Origin: Pseudomonadota bacterium
GTDB taxonomy: Bacteria > Pseudomonadota > Gammaproteobacteria > Steroidobacterales > Steroidobacteraceae
DNA length: 64,000 nt
NCBI GenBank assembly: GCA_021792555.1
Contig: JAJYUL010000016.1
Span: forward strand, 1,632-65,631
Reading direction: 5' to 3'
The notes under the pieces: generated by a model
What the model was told of the DNA's origin: nothing
The model's input: the letters and a program-made list of their open reading frames with translations, nothing else
Database searches by the model: none
Made by a program: the position numbers and the translations under genes
In this document: positions 17,162-29,800 of the stretch, piece by piece
Layout: each line of letters starts with the position of its first letter
Numbering within the stretch: position 1 is the first letter of the stretch

Positions 17162-18790
17162 TCAGCGTTGATCCGAATCAGCCTTGACCATCACGAGCAC
17201 GGGGCGCGAGGCAATGCCGCTCGCCACGACTTGCAGCTTGCTCAGACCCGGCTCCTGACCGGCGGGCACTGCGAAGTGCGTCCAGGTGATGCGATCCGAG
17301 GCAACCGCCACCTTGAAATCGTAGGTGCGGCTGTAGAAGACATCCCCGGTCCTCAGATTCGTGATCCGCACGAGCGGGAAGTTCGTGTTGGTCTGCACGT
17401 CATCCCCGTAGGCCGCGCCCTGCGACATGCCGCTCAGGCGGATGCCGGCGAGTGAGTAGGAGCGGCCGGGCGCGAGCACGAGCGGGGTGAACACCACAAC
17501 CGGTCTCCAGTCCGGCTTGGGCTTGCCCGCGGGCGTGTAGATCTCGATGTCGTTCGAGAAGTCGGTGAGCAGGATCTGTCCCGTGGGCAACACGAGCATG
17601 TTGCCGAAGAACGAGGAATCAACCGGCGCGTTCGGCGTTCCCGGCACGGTGCTCAGCTGATAACCGTTCCATTGGAAGAACGTCGCCGGCGTGCCGCCGA
17701 ATCCCGGGCTCGCCATGATCAGCACGTCGCCATTGGGCTCGAGTGCCGCCGGGCCATCGGCCACGTCGTTGCCGCCCGGGAATACCGGCCCGGCACGCCA
17801 CGTTCCGCGACGGCTGTTGTAGATGGCGGTATTGCCCGCGCCGCAGGAGTTCGCGCCGCTGTAGAACACCGTTCCGTTCGGCCGCAGCACGCCCGGCCCG
17901 AGCTCGAAAGAGGCGACATTCTCCCCGCCGCAGGCCGCAGCGGAATCCCACAGCTGCACGCGGGTGCTGCCCGCGCTCGACCAGGTGCCGTCCCAGGGGT
18001 TGTAGAGCTCGGAGTTGGTCCCGTTCGGGATGTAGGTGAACGGCGGGATGGGAACGTAGGCATCGACAGTGAGGACTTTGCCGTTCGGCAACAGGGTCCA
18101 GCCTTCCTCGTCATTCGGGTCGAACTTGCCCGTTCCGGTCGACGTCCAGGTCAGCGTCCGGGGATTCAGCAGCGCCTGCTGGTCCGTGCAGCAGTTGGCC
18201 TGCATGTAGGTGCCATCGGGCAGCACGACGCTCTGCGCATCGCCGATGGTCGTCCAGCCGCTCGGCGGGGCGATGGACTTCCAGGTGTTGGTCATGGGGT
18301 TGTAGATGGCCCCGAGATTGGTCCACACCGGATTGCATGCGGCCGGAGAGAAGGTGCATAGATACTCGCCACCCTCGATGACCATGCGCCCGTCGGGCAG
18401 CACCTCAGTGGAGTGGTACAGCGGGTTGTACGGCGCGTTGGCGATCTGCGTCCACGTGCCCTTGACGTAGCTGCCGTGCCGATTCGGAGTGAGCCGGTAC
18501 CAGTCGTTGAAGCCCGCATCCTGCACGAGCACCGTGCCGTCGGGCAGCAGAACCGGATTGGCGATGCCGTCGAACAGATTGAGCTGATGGGCGAGCGGCG
18601 TCCAGGTGCCGACCGCGCCGCCCGCACCTGAGCTGCCGGACTGCCGATGCGCCACCCCCTGCGGATGGCCGACCGGGTGCGGCAGCGGCCTGAGGCTGCG
18701 CGCCTGCGCGAGCGCGGGCACGAGCAAGACGGCGGCGAGTGCGAGTGCGGACCACCATCCGCGGGCAAAGCCTGTGGTATTCCTATACAT
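17162..18790 (-). CDS. Secreted kelch/galactose-oxidase-like beta-propeller protein
   Basis: Signal peptide MYRNTTGFARGWWSALALAAVLLVPALAQA. Repeated LPDG/LPNG/LPTG ...W motifs and a C-terminal Ig-like segment. Confidence 0.7.
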   Translation of the reverse strand: MYRNTTGFARGWWSALALAAVLLVPALAQARSLRPLPHPVGHPQGVAHRQSGSSGAGGAVGTWTPLAHQLNLFDGIANPVLLPDGTVLVQDAGFNDWYRLTPNRHGSYVKGTWTQIANAPYNPLYHSTEVLPDGRMVIEGGEYLCTFSPAACNPVWTNLGAIYNPMTNTWKSIAPPSGWTTIGDAQSVVLPDGTYMQANCCTDQQALLNPRTLTWTSTGTGKFDPNDEEGWTLLPNGKVLTVDAYVPIPPFTYIPNGTNSELYNPWDGTWSSAGSTRVQLWDSAAACGGENVASFELGPGVLRPNGTVFYSGANSCGAGNTAIYNSRRGTWRAGPVFPGGNDVADGPAALEPNGDVLIMASPGFGGTPATFFQWNGYQLSTVPGTPNAPVDSSFFGNMLVLPTGQILLTDFSNDIEIYTPAGKPKPDWRPVVVFTPLVLAPGRSYSLAGIRLSGMSQGAAYGDDVQTNTNFPLVRITNLRTGDVFYSRTYDFKVAVASDRITWTHFAVPAGQEPGLSKLQVVASGIASRPVLVMVKADSDQR

Positions 18791-19018
18791 GCGACCTCCA
18801 GCGTGACGTATTTTTGTTGGGATGACGCCGCGGACGCGCCACGCAAAGGGATGCGCACCCGAGCTCACGGGGTCAAACAGAAACGGGAAAGGGTCGGTTC
18901 GTTACTCTTCTTCGTTCCTGTCGCTTTTATGAGCCGCGGCAGTGAAGAAGTCAAGGCTCACGGCCCCCGCCAGATCGGTACCGCGGCGATGGCGTGCGGC
19001 GCGGGACCGATGTCCGGC

Positions 19019-20173
19019 CTACAGTGATCCGCGCAGATCCTGCAGCGCGAAGCCGACAAGCGGCTCATCGAAATCGCGGGTGAGCGCCATGACCTTGAAT
19101 GCTTCGCCCATTTCCCCGGGCAGCAGCAGCCGGCGCGCCTCGCCCGCCCGGCGCGCGTGCTCCACCACATCGTGCGCCTCGGCGACGTAGCGCTCGATGC
19201 CCGTGCCCAACAGAAACGCCGCCTGAGTCGCAAAGCCCGCCACGTCGAGCCCGCTCTGCACCGCCGCTTCGGCCACGCGCGTGAAGTCGACCCAGGCCGT
19301 GATGTCCTGCACGCCGAGGTTGATGTAGGGGTCATCGTGCACGCGGTGTTTGAAGTGACAGCGCAGCGTTCCGCTGAGGCGCTGCGGGTGATAATAGTGG
19401 GCGCGCGGCAGGCCGTAATCGCAGAACAGAGCGACCCCGCGCCGCAGACAGTCCGCGACGCCCCCGAGCCACGGCGCAACGCGCAGGCACAGTTCCGAGA
19501 CGTACCCGTCGGCAAGGGGCTGCGGCAGCTGAGCGCTCAGGCGCGCCCACTCCTGCGCCAACGCCTCGTCCGCCGGCGCGGGGCGCTCCACCAGGCGCTC
19601 CCCTTCGAGCGCGACGCCCAGCTCACGGATCGCGCCGCGCTCAAGCACGAAGCGCCGGCAGGGCAATGCATCGAGCACCTCGTTCGCCACGATCACCCCC
19701 TCGAACGGCCGCTCCGGCAGGCGCTCGAGCCAAACCACGCGGTCGGCCAGCACTGCGGGCAGCGCGCTGATGCGCCGGCGCTGCCGGTCCGCGAGGTCGG
19801 CGCTCACCTCGAGAATCCCATAGCGCTCCGGCAGCCGCCGGCGCGCGGCGAGCTCGCTCAGAACCGCTGCGGCCATGCGCCCGGTGCCGGCGCCGAGCTC
19901 GAGGATCTCCCCGCCGTGCTCGAGCACCTGAGCGCACTGCGCAGCCACGCAGCGACTGAACAGGTCGGACATCTCCGGTGCAGTGGTGAAATCCCCGGCC
20001 GCGCCGATTTTCACGCTGCCGGCGCTGTAGTAGCCAAGTCCCGGCTCGTACAGCGCCAGCGCCATGAACCGCTCGAATGACAGCCAGCCGCCGGCGGCGC
20101 GTACCTCGGCGGCGATCAGCTCGGCGAGCGCGCGTGAATGCGCCGCTTCTTCCGCGGACAGCGGCGGCGTCAT
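19019..20173 (-). CDS. SAM-dependent methyltransferase, MidA/NDUFAF7 (DUF185) family
   Basis: FERFMALALYEPGLGYY...DFTTAPE...ILELGAGTGRMA. Alternative start at 20194. Confidence 0.75.
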   Translation of the reverse strand: MTPPLSAEEAAHSRALAELIAAEVRAAGGWLSFERFMALALYEPGLGYYSAGSVKIGAAGDFTTAPEMSDLFSRCVAAQCAQVLEHGGEILELGAGTGRMAAAVLSELAARRRLPERYGILEVSADLADRQRRRISALPAVLADRVVWLERLPERPFEGVIVANEVLDALPCRRFVLERGAIRELGVALEGERLVERPAPADEALAQEWARLSAQLPQPLADGYVSELCLRVAPWLGGVADCLRRGVALFCDYGLPRAHYYHPQRLSGTLRCHFKHRVHDDPYINLGVQDITAWVDFTRVAEAAVQSGLDVAGFATQAAFLLGTGIERYVAEAHDVVEHARRAGEARRLLLPGEMGEAFKVMALTRDFDEPLVGFALQDLRGSL

Positions 20174-20205
20174 AATGGGGCTTGAATCCCTCATCGATCT
20201 ACCGC

Positions 20206-20985
20206 ATGGCCATGACACAGCCCAACGACGATGACCGCGCGGGCGCTCCGCTCGCCGGCAAGGCCGCCCTCGTGACCGGGGGCGCACGCCGCCTCGGGGC
20301 GGTCATCGCGCGCACGCTGCACGCCGCCGGCGCGCAGATCGTGCTGCACTACCGCAGCTCGGCCGACGCGGCCGAGTCTCTGGCGAAGGAGCTGAACGGG
20401 CGCCGCGCGCACTCCGCGGCGCTCGCCGCCGCCGATCTGCTCGATCCGCACTCGCCCGCGGCGCTCGCCGCCGCCGCCGTTGCGGCCTTCGGGCGGCTCG
20501 ACATCCTGGTGAACAATGCCTCCACGTTCTATCCGACACCGATGGGTCGCATTGATGAGCGCGTGTGGAGCGATCTCATCGGCACCAATCTGAAGGCGCC
20601 GCTGTTCCTCGCGCAGGCCGCGAGCGGGGCGCTGCGCGCGAGCGGCGGACTGATCCTGAATCTCGTGGACATTCACGGCATGCGGCCGCTGCGCCACCAC
20701 CCCGTCTACAGCGTGGCGAAGGCCGGCCTGATCATGCTCACCAAGTCGCTGGCCCGCGAGCTCGGCCCCGAAGTGCGGGTCAACGCCATCGCCCCGGGAC
20801 CGGTGATGTGGCCCGAGAAGGGTGTGGATGAGGCTCTGCGCCAGCGCATCATCGATCGCACCGCCCTGAAGCGCGGCGGCTCGCCCGAGGACATCGCCCG
20901 CGCGGTGCTGTTCTTCGCCTGCGACGCACCGTTCGTCACCGGCCAGGTCCTCGCGGTGGACGGCGGGCGCAGCATCGGCTGGTAG
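20206..20985 (+). CDS. Pteridine reductase / FolM-like short-chain dehydrogenase
   Basis: ALVTGGARRLG...NNAS...YSVAKAGL motifs. Adjacent to folK-folB. Confidence 0.75.
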   Translation: MAMTQPNDDDRAGAPLAGKAALVTGGARRLGAVIARTLHAAGAQIVLHYRSSADAAESLAKELNGRRAHSAALAAADLLDPHSPAALAAAAVAAFGRLDILVNNASTFYPTPMGRIDERVWSDLIGTNLKAPLFLAQAASGALRASGGLILNLVDIHGMRPLRHHPVYSVAKAGLIMLTKSLARELGPEVRVNAIAPGPVMWPEKGVDEALRQRIIDRTALKRGGSPEDIARAVLFFACDAPFVTGQVLAVDGGRSIGW

Positions 20986-20990
20986 AGCGC

Positions 20991-21494
20991 TCAAGCCTGC
21001 GGCCCCGCTTCGCCGGCGGCCACGCGGATCAGCGGGTGCGCGGCCTGATCGAAGCGCCGCCAGAGCTCGGCGATGGTCAGCCCTGCGGTGGGATGAGGCA
21101 GTCCGGGCGCCAGATCGGCGAGCGGCCCGAGCATATAGGCGCGCTTGAGCAGGTCCGGACGCGGCAGGCGCAGGGTTGGGCTATCCATCACCCGATCGCC
21201 ATAAAGAAGGATGTCCAGGTCCATCGTGCGCGGCGCCCAGCGCGGCGCCGCGCGCGTGCGCCCGCACAACCCCTCGATCGCCTGCAGTTGGGCGATCACC
21301 GCCTCGAGCGGCAGATCGGTGCAGAACCCGGCCACGAAGTTGATGAAGTCATCGCCCTCGAAGCCGACCGCGCGGTTGCGATACCAGGGCGAGAAGCGCG
21401 CGCCCGGGAACGCCCTCGCCAGCTCGCGCGCGGCGAGCGCGAGGTGCTTCTCGGGCTCGACGTTGCTGCCGGCGGCGACGTAGACCTCGGGCAT
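20991..21494 (-). CDS. folK: 2-amino-4-hydroxy-6-hydroxymethyldihydropteridine diphosphokinase
   Basis: VYVAAGSN...PRTMDLDILLYGD...LRLPRPDLLKRAYML. Confidence 0.9.
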   Translation of the reverse strand: MPEVYVAAGSNVEPEKHLALAARELARAFPGARFSPWYRNRAVGFEGDDFINFVAGFCTDLPLEAVIAQLQAIEGLCGRTRAAPRWAPRTMDLDILLYGDRVMDSPTLRLPRPDLLKRAYMLGPLADLAPGLPHPTAGLTIAELWRRFDQAAHPLIRVAAGEAGPQA

Positions 21495-21503
21495 CGCTGT
21501 GCT

Positions 21504-21896
21504 TCAGCGCGAGGCGGCCAGATCTGCGCGGCGGCGCTCGATCACGACGCCGACGTCGCGCGAGTTGCGGATGGCGCCGGGCTTGTTGAGCGACAGGCGC
21601 ACCCACTCGAGCCCGAACTCCTCGAGCAGCAGCAGGGCCAGGCGCTGCGCCAGGGTCTCCACGAGCTTGAACTCGGAGCCCTCGATGAACGCGAGCACCC
21701 GTTTGGCCACCCGTTTGTAATCGACGGTGTCGGCGACTTCATCGCTGGCTGCCGCCCGCGCGCAGTCGACGGGCAGCTCCAGATCGACCACCACGGTCTG
21801 CTTGACGCGCCGTTCCCAGTCTATGAATCCGATGATGCACTCGGCGGTAAGGCCGCGCAGAAAAATCCGGTCGCCGGAAAGCGCCGTGCTGGTCAT
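21504..21896 (-). CDS. folB: Dihydroneopterin aldolase
   Basis: 130 aa: DRIFLRGLTAECIIGFIDWER...TVDYKRVAKRV. The ORF-track 393-aa version is an upstream extension. Confidence 0.85.
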   Translation of the reverse strand: MTSTALSGDRIFLRGLTAECIIGFIDWERRVKQTVVVDLELPVDCARAAASDEVADTVDYKRVAKRVLAFIEGSEFKLVETLAQRLALLLLEEFGLEWVRLSLNKPGAIRNSRDVGVVIERRRADLAASR

Positions 21897-21922
21897 GTGT
21901 GCTCTGTCCCCTTGCGGTCCCG

Positions 21923-22987
21923 TCACATCCGGCGCGCCGACCCGCTCGGCCGCTCGCCGGGAGCGCCCTCGCCACCGACCGGCGCAAGCGATTCGAGCGG
22001 CCACTGGGCGCGCGCCGTGATGGCCAGCCCCTGCCGCTCGCCGGCGCGTAGCCGGTGCAGACCGGCCATCGCAATCATCGCGGCGTTGTCGGTGCAGAAT
22101 TCGATGCGCGGATAGTACACGCGCGCGCCGTGGCGGGCCGCCGCGCTTGCCAGCGCTGCGCGCAGCGGCAGATTCGCGCTCACGCCGCCGGAGACGACCA
22201 GCGCCTGAAGACCGGTCTGCTCGAGCGCCCGCTCGGCCTTGACGGTCAGGGTCTCGACGATCGCCTCCTGCACCGCGCGGGCGACATCCGCCTTCAGCCG
22301 GATGTCGAGATCGCGCCCGCGCAGGGCGTGCAGCACCGCGGTCTTCAGGCCGGAGAAGCTGAACTCGAGCCCCGGCCGGTCGAGCATGGGCCGCGGAAAG
22401 TGGAACGCCCCTGCGGTGCCGGCCGCCGCCAGCCGCGAGAGCTCCGGACCCCCCGGATAGGGCAGCCCGAGGAGCTTGGCGGTCTTGTCGAACGCCTCCC
22501 CGGCCGCATCGTCGCGCGTATCCCCCAGGATGCGGTAGCGGCCGATGCCGCTCACCTCGATCAGCTGCGTGTGGCCGCCGGAGACCAGCAAGGCCACGTG
22601 CGGAAACGGCGGCGGGTCGGGCTCGAGCAGCGGGGCGAGCAGGTGCCCCTCGAGGTGGTGCACGCCGACGGCCGGCAGGCCCCACGCATAGGCGAGGCTG
22701 CGCGCCAGCGCCGCGCCGGTGAGCAGCGCGCCGATCAGCCCGGGACCGGCCGTGTAGGCGACGCCGGCCAGATCTTCAGGGCCGCTGCCGGCAGCCGTGA
22801 GGGCCCGGCGCACCAGGGGCAGCAGCTTGCGAACGTGGTCGCGGGAGGCCAGCTCCGGCACCACCCCCCCGTAGGCCCGATGCAGCGCGATCTGGCTGTA
22901 CAGCTCATGCGCGAGCAGCCCGCCGGCCTCGTCCAGGACCGCCGCGGCGCTCTCGTCGCAGGAGGACTCGATGGCCAGAATCCGCAT
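21923..22987 (-). CDS. tsaD: tRNA N6-adenosine threonylcarbamoyltransferase
   Basis: [17 protein letters not shown]...[10 protein letters not shown]...VSGGHTQL...GGVSAN. Confidence 0.9.
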   Translation of the reverse strand: MRILAIESSCDESAAAVLDEAGGLLAHELYSQIALHRAYGGVVPELASRDHVRKLLPLVRRALTAAGSGPEDLAGVAYTAGPGLIGALLTGAALARSLAYAWGLPAVGVHHLEGHLLAPLLEPDPPPFPHVALLVSGGHTQLIEVSGIGRYRILGDTRDDAAGEAFDKTAKLLGLPYPGGPELSRLAAAGTAGAFHFPRPMLDRPGLEFSFSGLKTAVLHALRGRDLDIRLKADVARAVQEAIVETLTVKAERALEQTGLQALVVSGGVSANLPLRAALASAAARHGARVYYPRIEFCTDNAAMIAMAGLHRLRAGERQGLAITARAQWPLESLAPVGGEGAPGERPSGSARRM

Positions 22988-23117
22988 TTTTTGCCTTTGC
23001 CTTCCGCCTCTACTAGAATTGCCGGCCCATTTGACCCGGCTCTGTGAGTCCGCCGCAGCGTGCCGACCGGCGCGCGGGGCGAACCGGGGGTCGGCCCCTA
23101 CTGCCTCAGAGGTTTCG

Positions 23118-23327
23118 ATGCCGAGCGTCCGTATCCGCGAGAACGAGTATTTTGATGCCGCCTTGCGGCGTTTCAAACGCGCCTGTGAGAAGGCCGGCAT
23201 CCTCACCGAGCTGCGCCGGCGCGAATTCTACGAGAAGCCGACCCAGGAGCGGAAACGCAAGAAGGCCGCGGCCATCAAGCGGCACATGAAGCGCGTCTCC
23301 CGCGAGGGCATGCGGCCCGCGCGCTGA
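23118..23327 (+). CDS. rpsU: 30S ribosomal protein S21
   Basis: [49 protein letters not shown]. Confidence 0.95.
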   Translation: MPSVRIRENEYFDAALRRFKRACEKAGILTELRRREFYEKPTQERKRKKAAAIKRHMKRVSREGMRPAR

Positions 23328-23338
23328 GGTCCCTTGGC

Positions 23339-23794
23339 ATGACGCTCAAGGAACGCATCACCGAGGACATGAAGAGCGCGATGCGCGCGGGCGAGAAGGA
23401 GCGTCTCGCCACGATCCGCATGGCACTCGCGGCCATCAAGCAGCGCGAGGTCGACGAGCGGGTGACGCTCGATGACGGCCAGGTGCTCGGCGTCCTCGAG
23501 AAGATGATCAAGCAGCGCAAGGAGGCGATTGCGCAGTTCCAGAGCGGCGGGCGCGCCGACCTCGTGGCCAAGGAGAGCGCCGAGATCGGTGTGCTCGAGG
23601 CGTATCTGCCGGCGCAGATGAGCGCCGCCGAGATCGACACGCTGATCACTCAGGCCATCGCCTCGAGCGGCGCCGCGTCGGCCAAGGACATGGGCAAAGT
23701 CATGGCCGTCATCAAATCCCAGGCCCAGGGCCGCGCCGACATGAGCGCCGTCAGCGCCCGCGTACGCGAGCGACTCGGCCGGCTGCAGGGGTAG
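23339..23794 (+). CDS. yqeY: GatB/YqeY domain-containing protein
   Basis: MTLKERITEDMKSAMRAGEKERLATIRMALAAIKQREVDERV. Confidence 0.85.
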   Translation: MTLKERITEDMKSAMRAGEKERLATIRMALAAIKQREVDERVTLDDGQVLGVLEKMIKQRKEAIAQFQSGGRADLVAKESAEIGVLEAYLPAQMSAAEIDTLITQAIASSGAASAKDMGKVMAVIKSQAQGRADMSAVSARVRERLGRLQG

Positions 23795-23851
23795 TCGACC
23801 TCTATCATTCCCCAGAGCTTCATCGACGAGCTGATCGCCCGCACGGACATC

Positions 23852-25597
23852 GTGGAGGTGGTCGGCTCGCGCGTGCAGCTGACCAAGGCGGGCCGGGAAT
23901 ACAAGGCTTGCTGTCCGTTCCACACCGAAAAGACCGCCTCGTTCTGGGTCAGCCCCGAGAAGCAGTTCTACCACTGCTTCGGCTGCGGCGCGCACGGCAC
24001 GGCGCTGCGCTTCCTCATGGAATACGACCACATGAGCTTTCCGGAGGCGGTCGAGGAGCTCGCCGGGCGGCTCGGGCTGCCCGTGCCCCACGAGGGCGGA
24101 GGCGGTGCCGCGGGCGCGGACACCCAGAATGCGCCCCTGTACGAGTTGCTGGGGCGCGTGGCGCGCTTCTACGCCGAGGCGCTCGCCCACGATGCCCGCG
24201 CCGGCCAATATGTCGCACGCCGCGGGCTCAACGCCGAGACCGTGCAGCGCTTCGCGCTCGGCTACGCGCCCGACGCGTGGAATGCGGTGCTCAGCCGCTT
24301 CGGGACCCGCGAGGCCGACCGCAAGGCGCTGGCGGCAACCGGACTGATCATCGAGCGCACCGCCGCGCGCGCCGAGGGCCACTACGACCGGTTCCGCGAC
24401 CGGATCATGTTTCCGATCCGGGACAGCCGCGGGCGCACCATCGCCTTCGGAGGCCGGGTGATCGACCGGGGCGAGCCCAAGTACTTGAATTCCCCGGAAA
24501 CAGCCTTATTTCACAAAGGCCACGAGCTGTACGGGCTTTACGAGTCCCGCATCGCCGGCGGCAGCCTCAAGCGCCTGGTGGTCGTGGAGGGCTACATGGA
24601 TGTGGTCCGCCTGCATCAGGCGGGCATTACCTATGCGGTGGCGACGTTGGGCACCGCGACCACGCCCGAGCACCTCAAGCGCGTCTTCCGGCTGGTGCGC
24701 GAGGTGGTGTTCGCGTTCGACGGCGACCGGGCCGGACGCAGCGCGGCGTGGCGTGCGCTGCAGCATGCCTTGCCGGAAGCGCGCGAGGGCCGGGAGATCC
24801 GCTTTCTGTTCCTGCCGGAAGGGCAGGATCCGGACAGTCTGGTCGGCGCGGAGGGCCGGGAAGCGTTCGAGCGGCGGCTCGATGCCGCGCTGCCGCTTTC
24901 GGAGTACCTCGTCCGGGAGTTGTCCGGACAGGCGGATATCACGCACGCTGACGGGCGGGCGCGTTTCGCGGAAGCGGCCCGTCCGCTGATCGCCAAGGTC
25001 CCCGCCGGGGTATACCGGGAACTGCTGATCGGCCGAGTGGCCGAAGTGGTGGGCCTGCCGGCGAGCCGTCTGGACGCGCTCTGGCAGGAGGGGACCGTCG
25101 CCGCGGCCCCCGCCGGGCCGCCGGCGCCGGCGCCTGCCCGCGCGCAGCACAGCGCCGGGCGCGGCAGCCTCGTCCGCCAGGCGATCGCGCGGCTCGTGCG
25201 CTTCCCGGCGATCGCAGGCACCGTGACCGCTGCCGAGCGGGCCGGCCTCGAGGGCTGCGCGGAGCCCGGCGCGGATCTGCTGCGCGCCCTGCTCGATGAT
25301 TTGCGCGAGCGGCCGTTACAGATATCCGCCCAGCTCATCGAGCGCTGGCGCGACCGCCCCGGCGGTGAGCACCTGGGCCGCCTGCTGGAGCGCGAGGAAG
25401 TGCTGGATGATGCGGCCGCCGCCGCGGTGGAACTGCGCGCGGCGCTGGAGAAGCTGGCCGACCTGGGGGCCGAGCAGCGCCTGCGGGCGCTCGAGGCGAA
25501 GAGCCGGACCAGCCGGCTGGATGATCAGGAACTTAAAGAATTTCAGGTACTTATGTCGAGGAAAACGATTCGAGACGACAAGCCGGGGCCGCGGTGA
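23852..25597 (+). CDS. dnaG: DNA primase; the coordinates use the first canonical (GTG) start, but conserved N-terminal residues are encoded upstream from about 23804
   Basis: Zinc-finger region CCPFHTEKTASFWVSPEKQFYHCFGCGAHG and TOPRIM segment VVVEGYMDVV. The in-frame upstream segment IIPQSFIDELIARTDI matches primase N-termini. Confidence 0.85.
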   Translation: MEVVGSRVQLTKAGREYKACCPFHTEKTASFWVSPEKQFYHCFGCGAHGTALRFLMEYDHMSFPEAVEELAGRLGLPVPHEGGGGAAGADTQNAPLYELLGRVARFYAEALAHDARAGQYVARRGLNAETVQRFALGYAPDAWNAVLSRFGTREADRKALAATGLIIERTAARAEGHYDRFRDRIMFPIRDSRGRTIAFGGRVIDRGEPKYLNSPETALFHKGHELYGLYESRIAGGSLKRLVVVEGYMDVVRLHQAGITYAVATLGTATTPEHLKRVFRLVREVVFAFDGDRAGRSAAWRALQHALPEAREGREIRFLFLPEGQDPDSLVGAEGREAFERRLDAALPLSEYLVRELSGQADITHADGRARFAEAARPLIAKVPAGVYRELLIGRVAEVVGLPASRLDALWQEGTVAAAPAGPPAPAPARAQHSAGRGSLVRQAIARLVRFPAIAGTVTAAERAGLEGCAEPGADLLRALLDDLRERPLQISAQLIERWRDRPGGEHLGRLLEREEVLDDAAAAAVELRAALEKLADLGAEQRLRALEAKSRTSRLDDQELKEFQVLMSRKTIRDDKPGPR

Positions 25598-25713
25598 ACT
25601 TGTGATCACCGGGAGAGCCTCATACACTAGGTGAATTTATTTTGGCGCCCCTTGAGTCCGCCCGCCCCCGTAAGCACATCGGGTGAGGGCCCCGCCAATT
25701 CCATTGAGATTCA

Positions 25714-27789
<2,076 letters not shown>

Positions 27790-27794
27790 GCGCC

Positions 27795-27821
27795 CGGGGG
27801 GCGGCGGGCCGCCCCCCCGGA
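27795..27821 (+). terminator. Imperfect GC hairpin just after the rpoD stop
   Basis: CCGGGGGGCGG-N4-CCGCCCCCCCGG with one bulge. No U-tract. Confidence 0.3.
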
Positions 27822-27871
27822 CCTACCCTCCCGGACAGGCGCGGTCCGCGCTCCTGCGGTCCGCTCGTGCT

Positions 27872-28744
27872 TCAGCTGCCGGCCGAGAGCTTGTCCTGGG
27901 TCCGGGTGTCGAAGTCCCGCGCATCGTGCCGCTCGTGCAGCTGGCTCGAGGGCTCTCCACTCACCCGGTTCACCATGCGCCCGCGCCGCACGGCCGGCCG
28001 CTCGAGAAGCTTGTCGGCCCAGCGCTGCACGTTGCGGTACTCGTGTACGCTCAGAAACTGCGCCGCGCCGTACAGCCAGCCTTTCGCGAGCCCCCCATAC
28101 CACGGGAAGATCGCCATGTCGGCGACGGTGTACTCGGGGCCGGCGACGTACTCGCTCTCGGCGAGGCGGCGCTCGAGCACATCCATCTGGCGCTTCACCT
28201 CCATCGCGAAGCGGTCGATGGCGTATTCGATCTTGCTCGGCGCGTACGCGTAGAAGTGGCCGAAGCCGCCGCCGAGGTACGGCGCGCTGCCCACCTGCCA
28301 GAACAGCCACGAGAGGCACTCGGCGCGCGCCCGGGCTTCCTTCGGCAGGAAGGCGCCGAATTTCTCGGCCAGATAGACCAGGATCGAGCCGGACTCGAAC
28401 ACCCGCACGGGCGGTGCGACGCTGCGGTCGAGCAGCGCCGGGATCTTGGAGTTGGGGTTCACCGCGACGAAGCCGCTGCCGAACTGCTCGCCGTCGGCGA
28501 TGCGCACGAGCCAGGCATCGTACTCGGCGCCGGAATGCCCGAGCGCGAGCAGCTCCTCGAGCATGATGGTGACTTTGACGCCGTTCGGCGTGCCGAGCGA
28601 GTACAGCTGCAGCGGATGGCGGCCGACCGGCAGCGCCTTCTCGTGCGTCGGCCCGGCGATCGGGCGGTTGATGCTCGCGAACTGTCCGCCGCTCGGCTTG
28701 TTCCAGGTCCACACCTCCGGCGGCACGTATTCGTTCTCACTCAT
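27872..28744 (-). CDS. yghU: Nu-class glutathione S-transferase, YghU-like
   Basis: [64 protein letters not shown]. Confidence 0.85.
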   Translation of the reverse strand: MSENEYVPPEVWTWNKPSGGQFASINRPIAGPTHEKALPVGRHPLQLYSLGTPNGVKVTIMLEELLALGHSGAEYDAWLVRIADGEQFGSGFVAVNPNSKIPALLDRSVAPPVRVFESGSILVYLAEKFGAFLPKEARARAECLSWLFWQVGSAPYLGGGFGHFYAYAPSKIEYAIDRFAMEVKRQMDVLERRLAESEYVAGPEYTVADMAIFPWYGGLAKGWLYGAAQFLSVHEYRNVQRWADKLLERPAVRRGRMVNRVSGEPSSQLHERHDARDFDTRTQDKLSAGS

Positions 28745-28886
28745 TGCGAACCTCCAGGATTGCGCCCACCGGACCCGGCGGCAGTGCCGGCCAGGCGGAA
28801 CGATCGCGGCCATCGGGCGCCGCGGCAGTGCGGGCCACTCGCTTGCGGCGCACGGCGGCGGCCGGAAGTTCAGCCCGCCTCGGGGC

Positions 28887-29171
28887 CTAGATGCCGAGTT
28901 TTCCGAGCGCGTCGGTGAGCTGGCGCAGCAGCTCGGCCAAGGCGGGGTGGTCGGCCTCGAAGCGCACCGCCAGTGCCTCCAGGCGCGGCGCATGGCCGCT
29001 CACCGCGCCGCCCTCGCTCGGCCCCTGCCCGAGCGCGCGCCCGATGTCCTGCACCAGCGCGCCCAGCAGCTTGCGCGATTCCTCATCGATCGAGCCGGTC
29101 CGGCTGAGCCGCTCGTGCACCTTGGCGAGCAGCTCGCGCAGGCTCTCTTCGCTCATGCGCCCTTGATTCAT
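28887..29171 (-). CDS. DUF4404-like small protein
   Basis: 94 aa: MNQGRMSEESLRELLAKVHERLSRTGSIDEESRKLLGALVQDI...HPALAELLRQLTDALGKLGI. Confidence 0.6.
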   Translation of the reverse strand: MNQGRMSEESLRELLAKVHERLSRTGSIDEESRKLLGALVQDIGRALGQGPSEGGAVSGHAPRLEALAVRFEADHPALAELLRQLTDALGKLGI

Positions 29172-29291
29172 CGACCGCTCCGTTGTTTCTCCGGCACCGA
29201 TTCTAGCCGAGATCCTCGTGGCGCAAGTGGACTGCGTCGCCGCGACCCGGTAGAACAATCGCCTCACGAAGGTCGCCGGTGCAGAACAGTC

Positions 29292-29747
29292 ATGGACAAA
29301 ATCGACCGTGAGATCGTGCGCGCGCTCGAGCAGGACGCCCGCCTGTCGTTCGCCGACCTCGGGCAGAAGGTGGGTCTGTCCAAGACCCCCTGCTGGCAGC
29401 GCGTGCGGGCGCTGGAGCGGCAGGGGCTGATCCGCGGCTACCGGGCGGAACTCGATGCCGAGCGGCTCGGGCTGAAGGTCCACGCCTTCGTCTACGTGAG
29501 CATCGATTCGGCGCGCTACGCGGACTTCGAGGCCGCCGCCGCGGGGCACCCCGCGGTGCTGCAGTGCTACACGACCGCCGGACAGGCCGACTATCTGATG
29601 CACGTGCTGGTCAGCGAGATCGCCGAGCTCGATGAGCTGCTGCGCATGCAAATCAGCCGCATGCCCGGGGTGCAGCACGTCGAGACGACGGTGTGCATGA
29701 AGACCATCAAGGCACGCGCCCCCGTCAGTGGCTGCCTGCGCGCGTGA
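29292..29747 (+). CDS. Lrp/AsnC-family transcriptional regulator
   Basis: MDKIDREIVRALEQDARLSFADLGQKVGLSKTPCWQRVRALERQGLIRGY. Confidence 0.9.
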   Translation: MDKIDREIVRALEQDARLSFADLGQKVGLSKTPCWQRVRALERQGLIRGYRAELDAERLGLKVHAFVYVSIDSARYADFEAAAAGHPAVLQCYTTAGQADYLMHVLVSEIAELDELLRMQISRMPGVQHVETTVCMKTIKARAPVSGCLRA

Positions 29748-29800
29748 GGCCCGGGTCCGTGCGCCGCAGCCTCGGGCCGCGGTAGAATGGCCGTTCGCGT

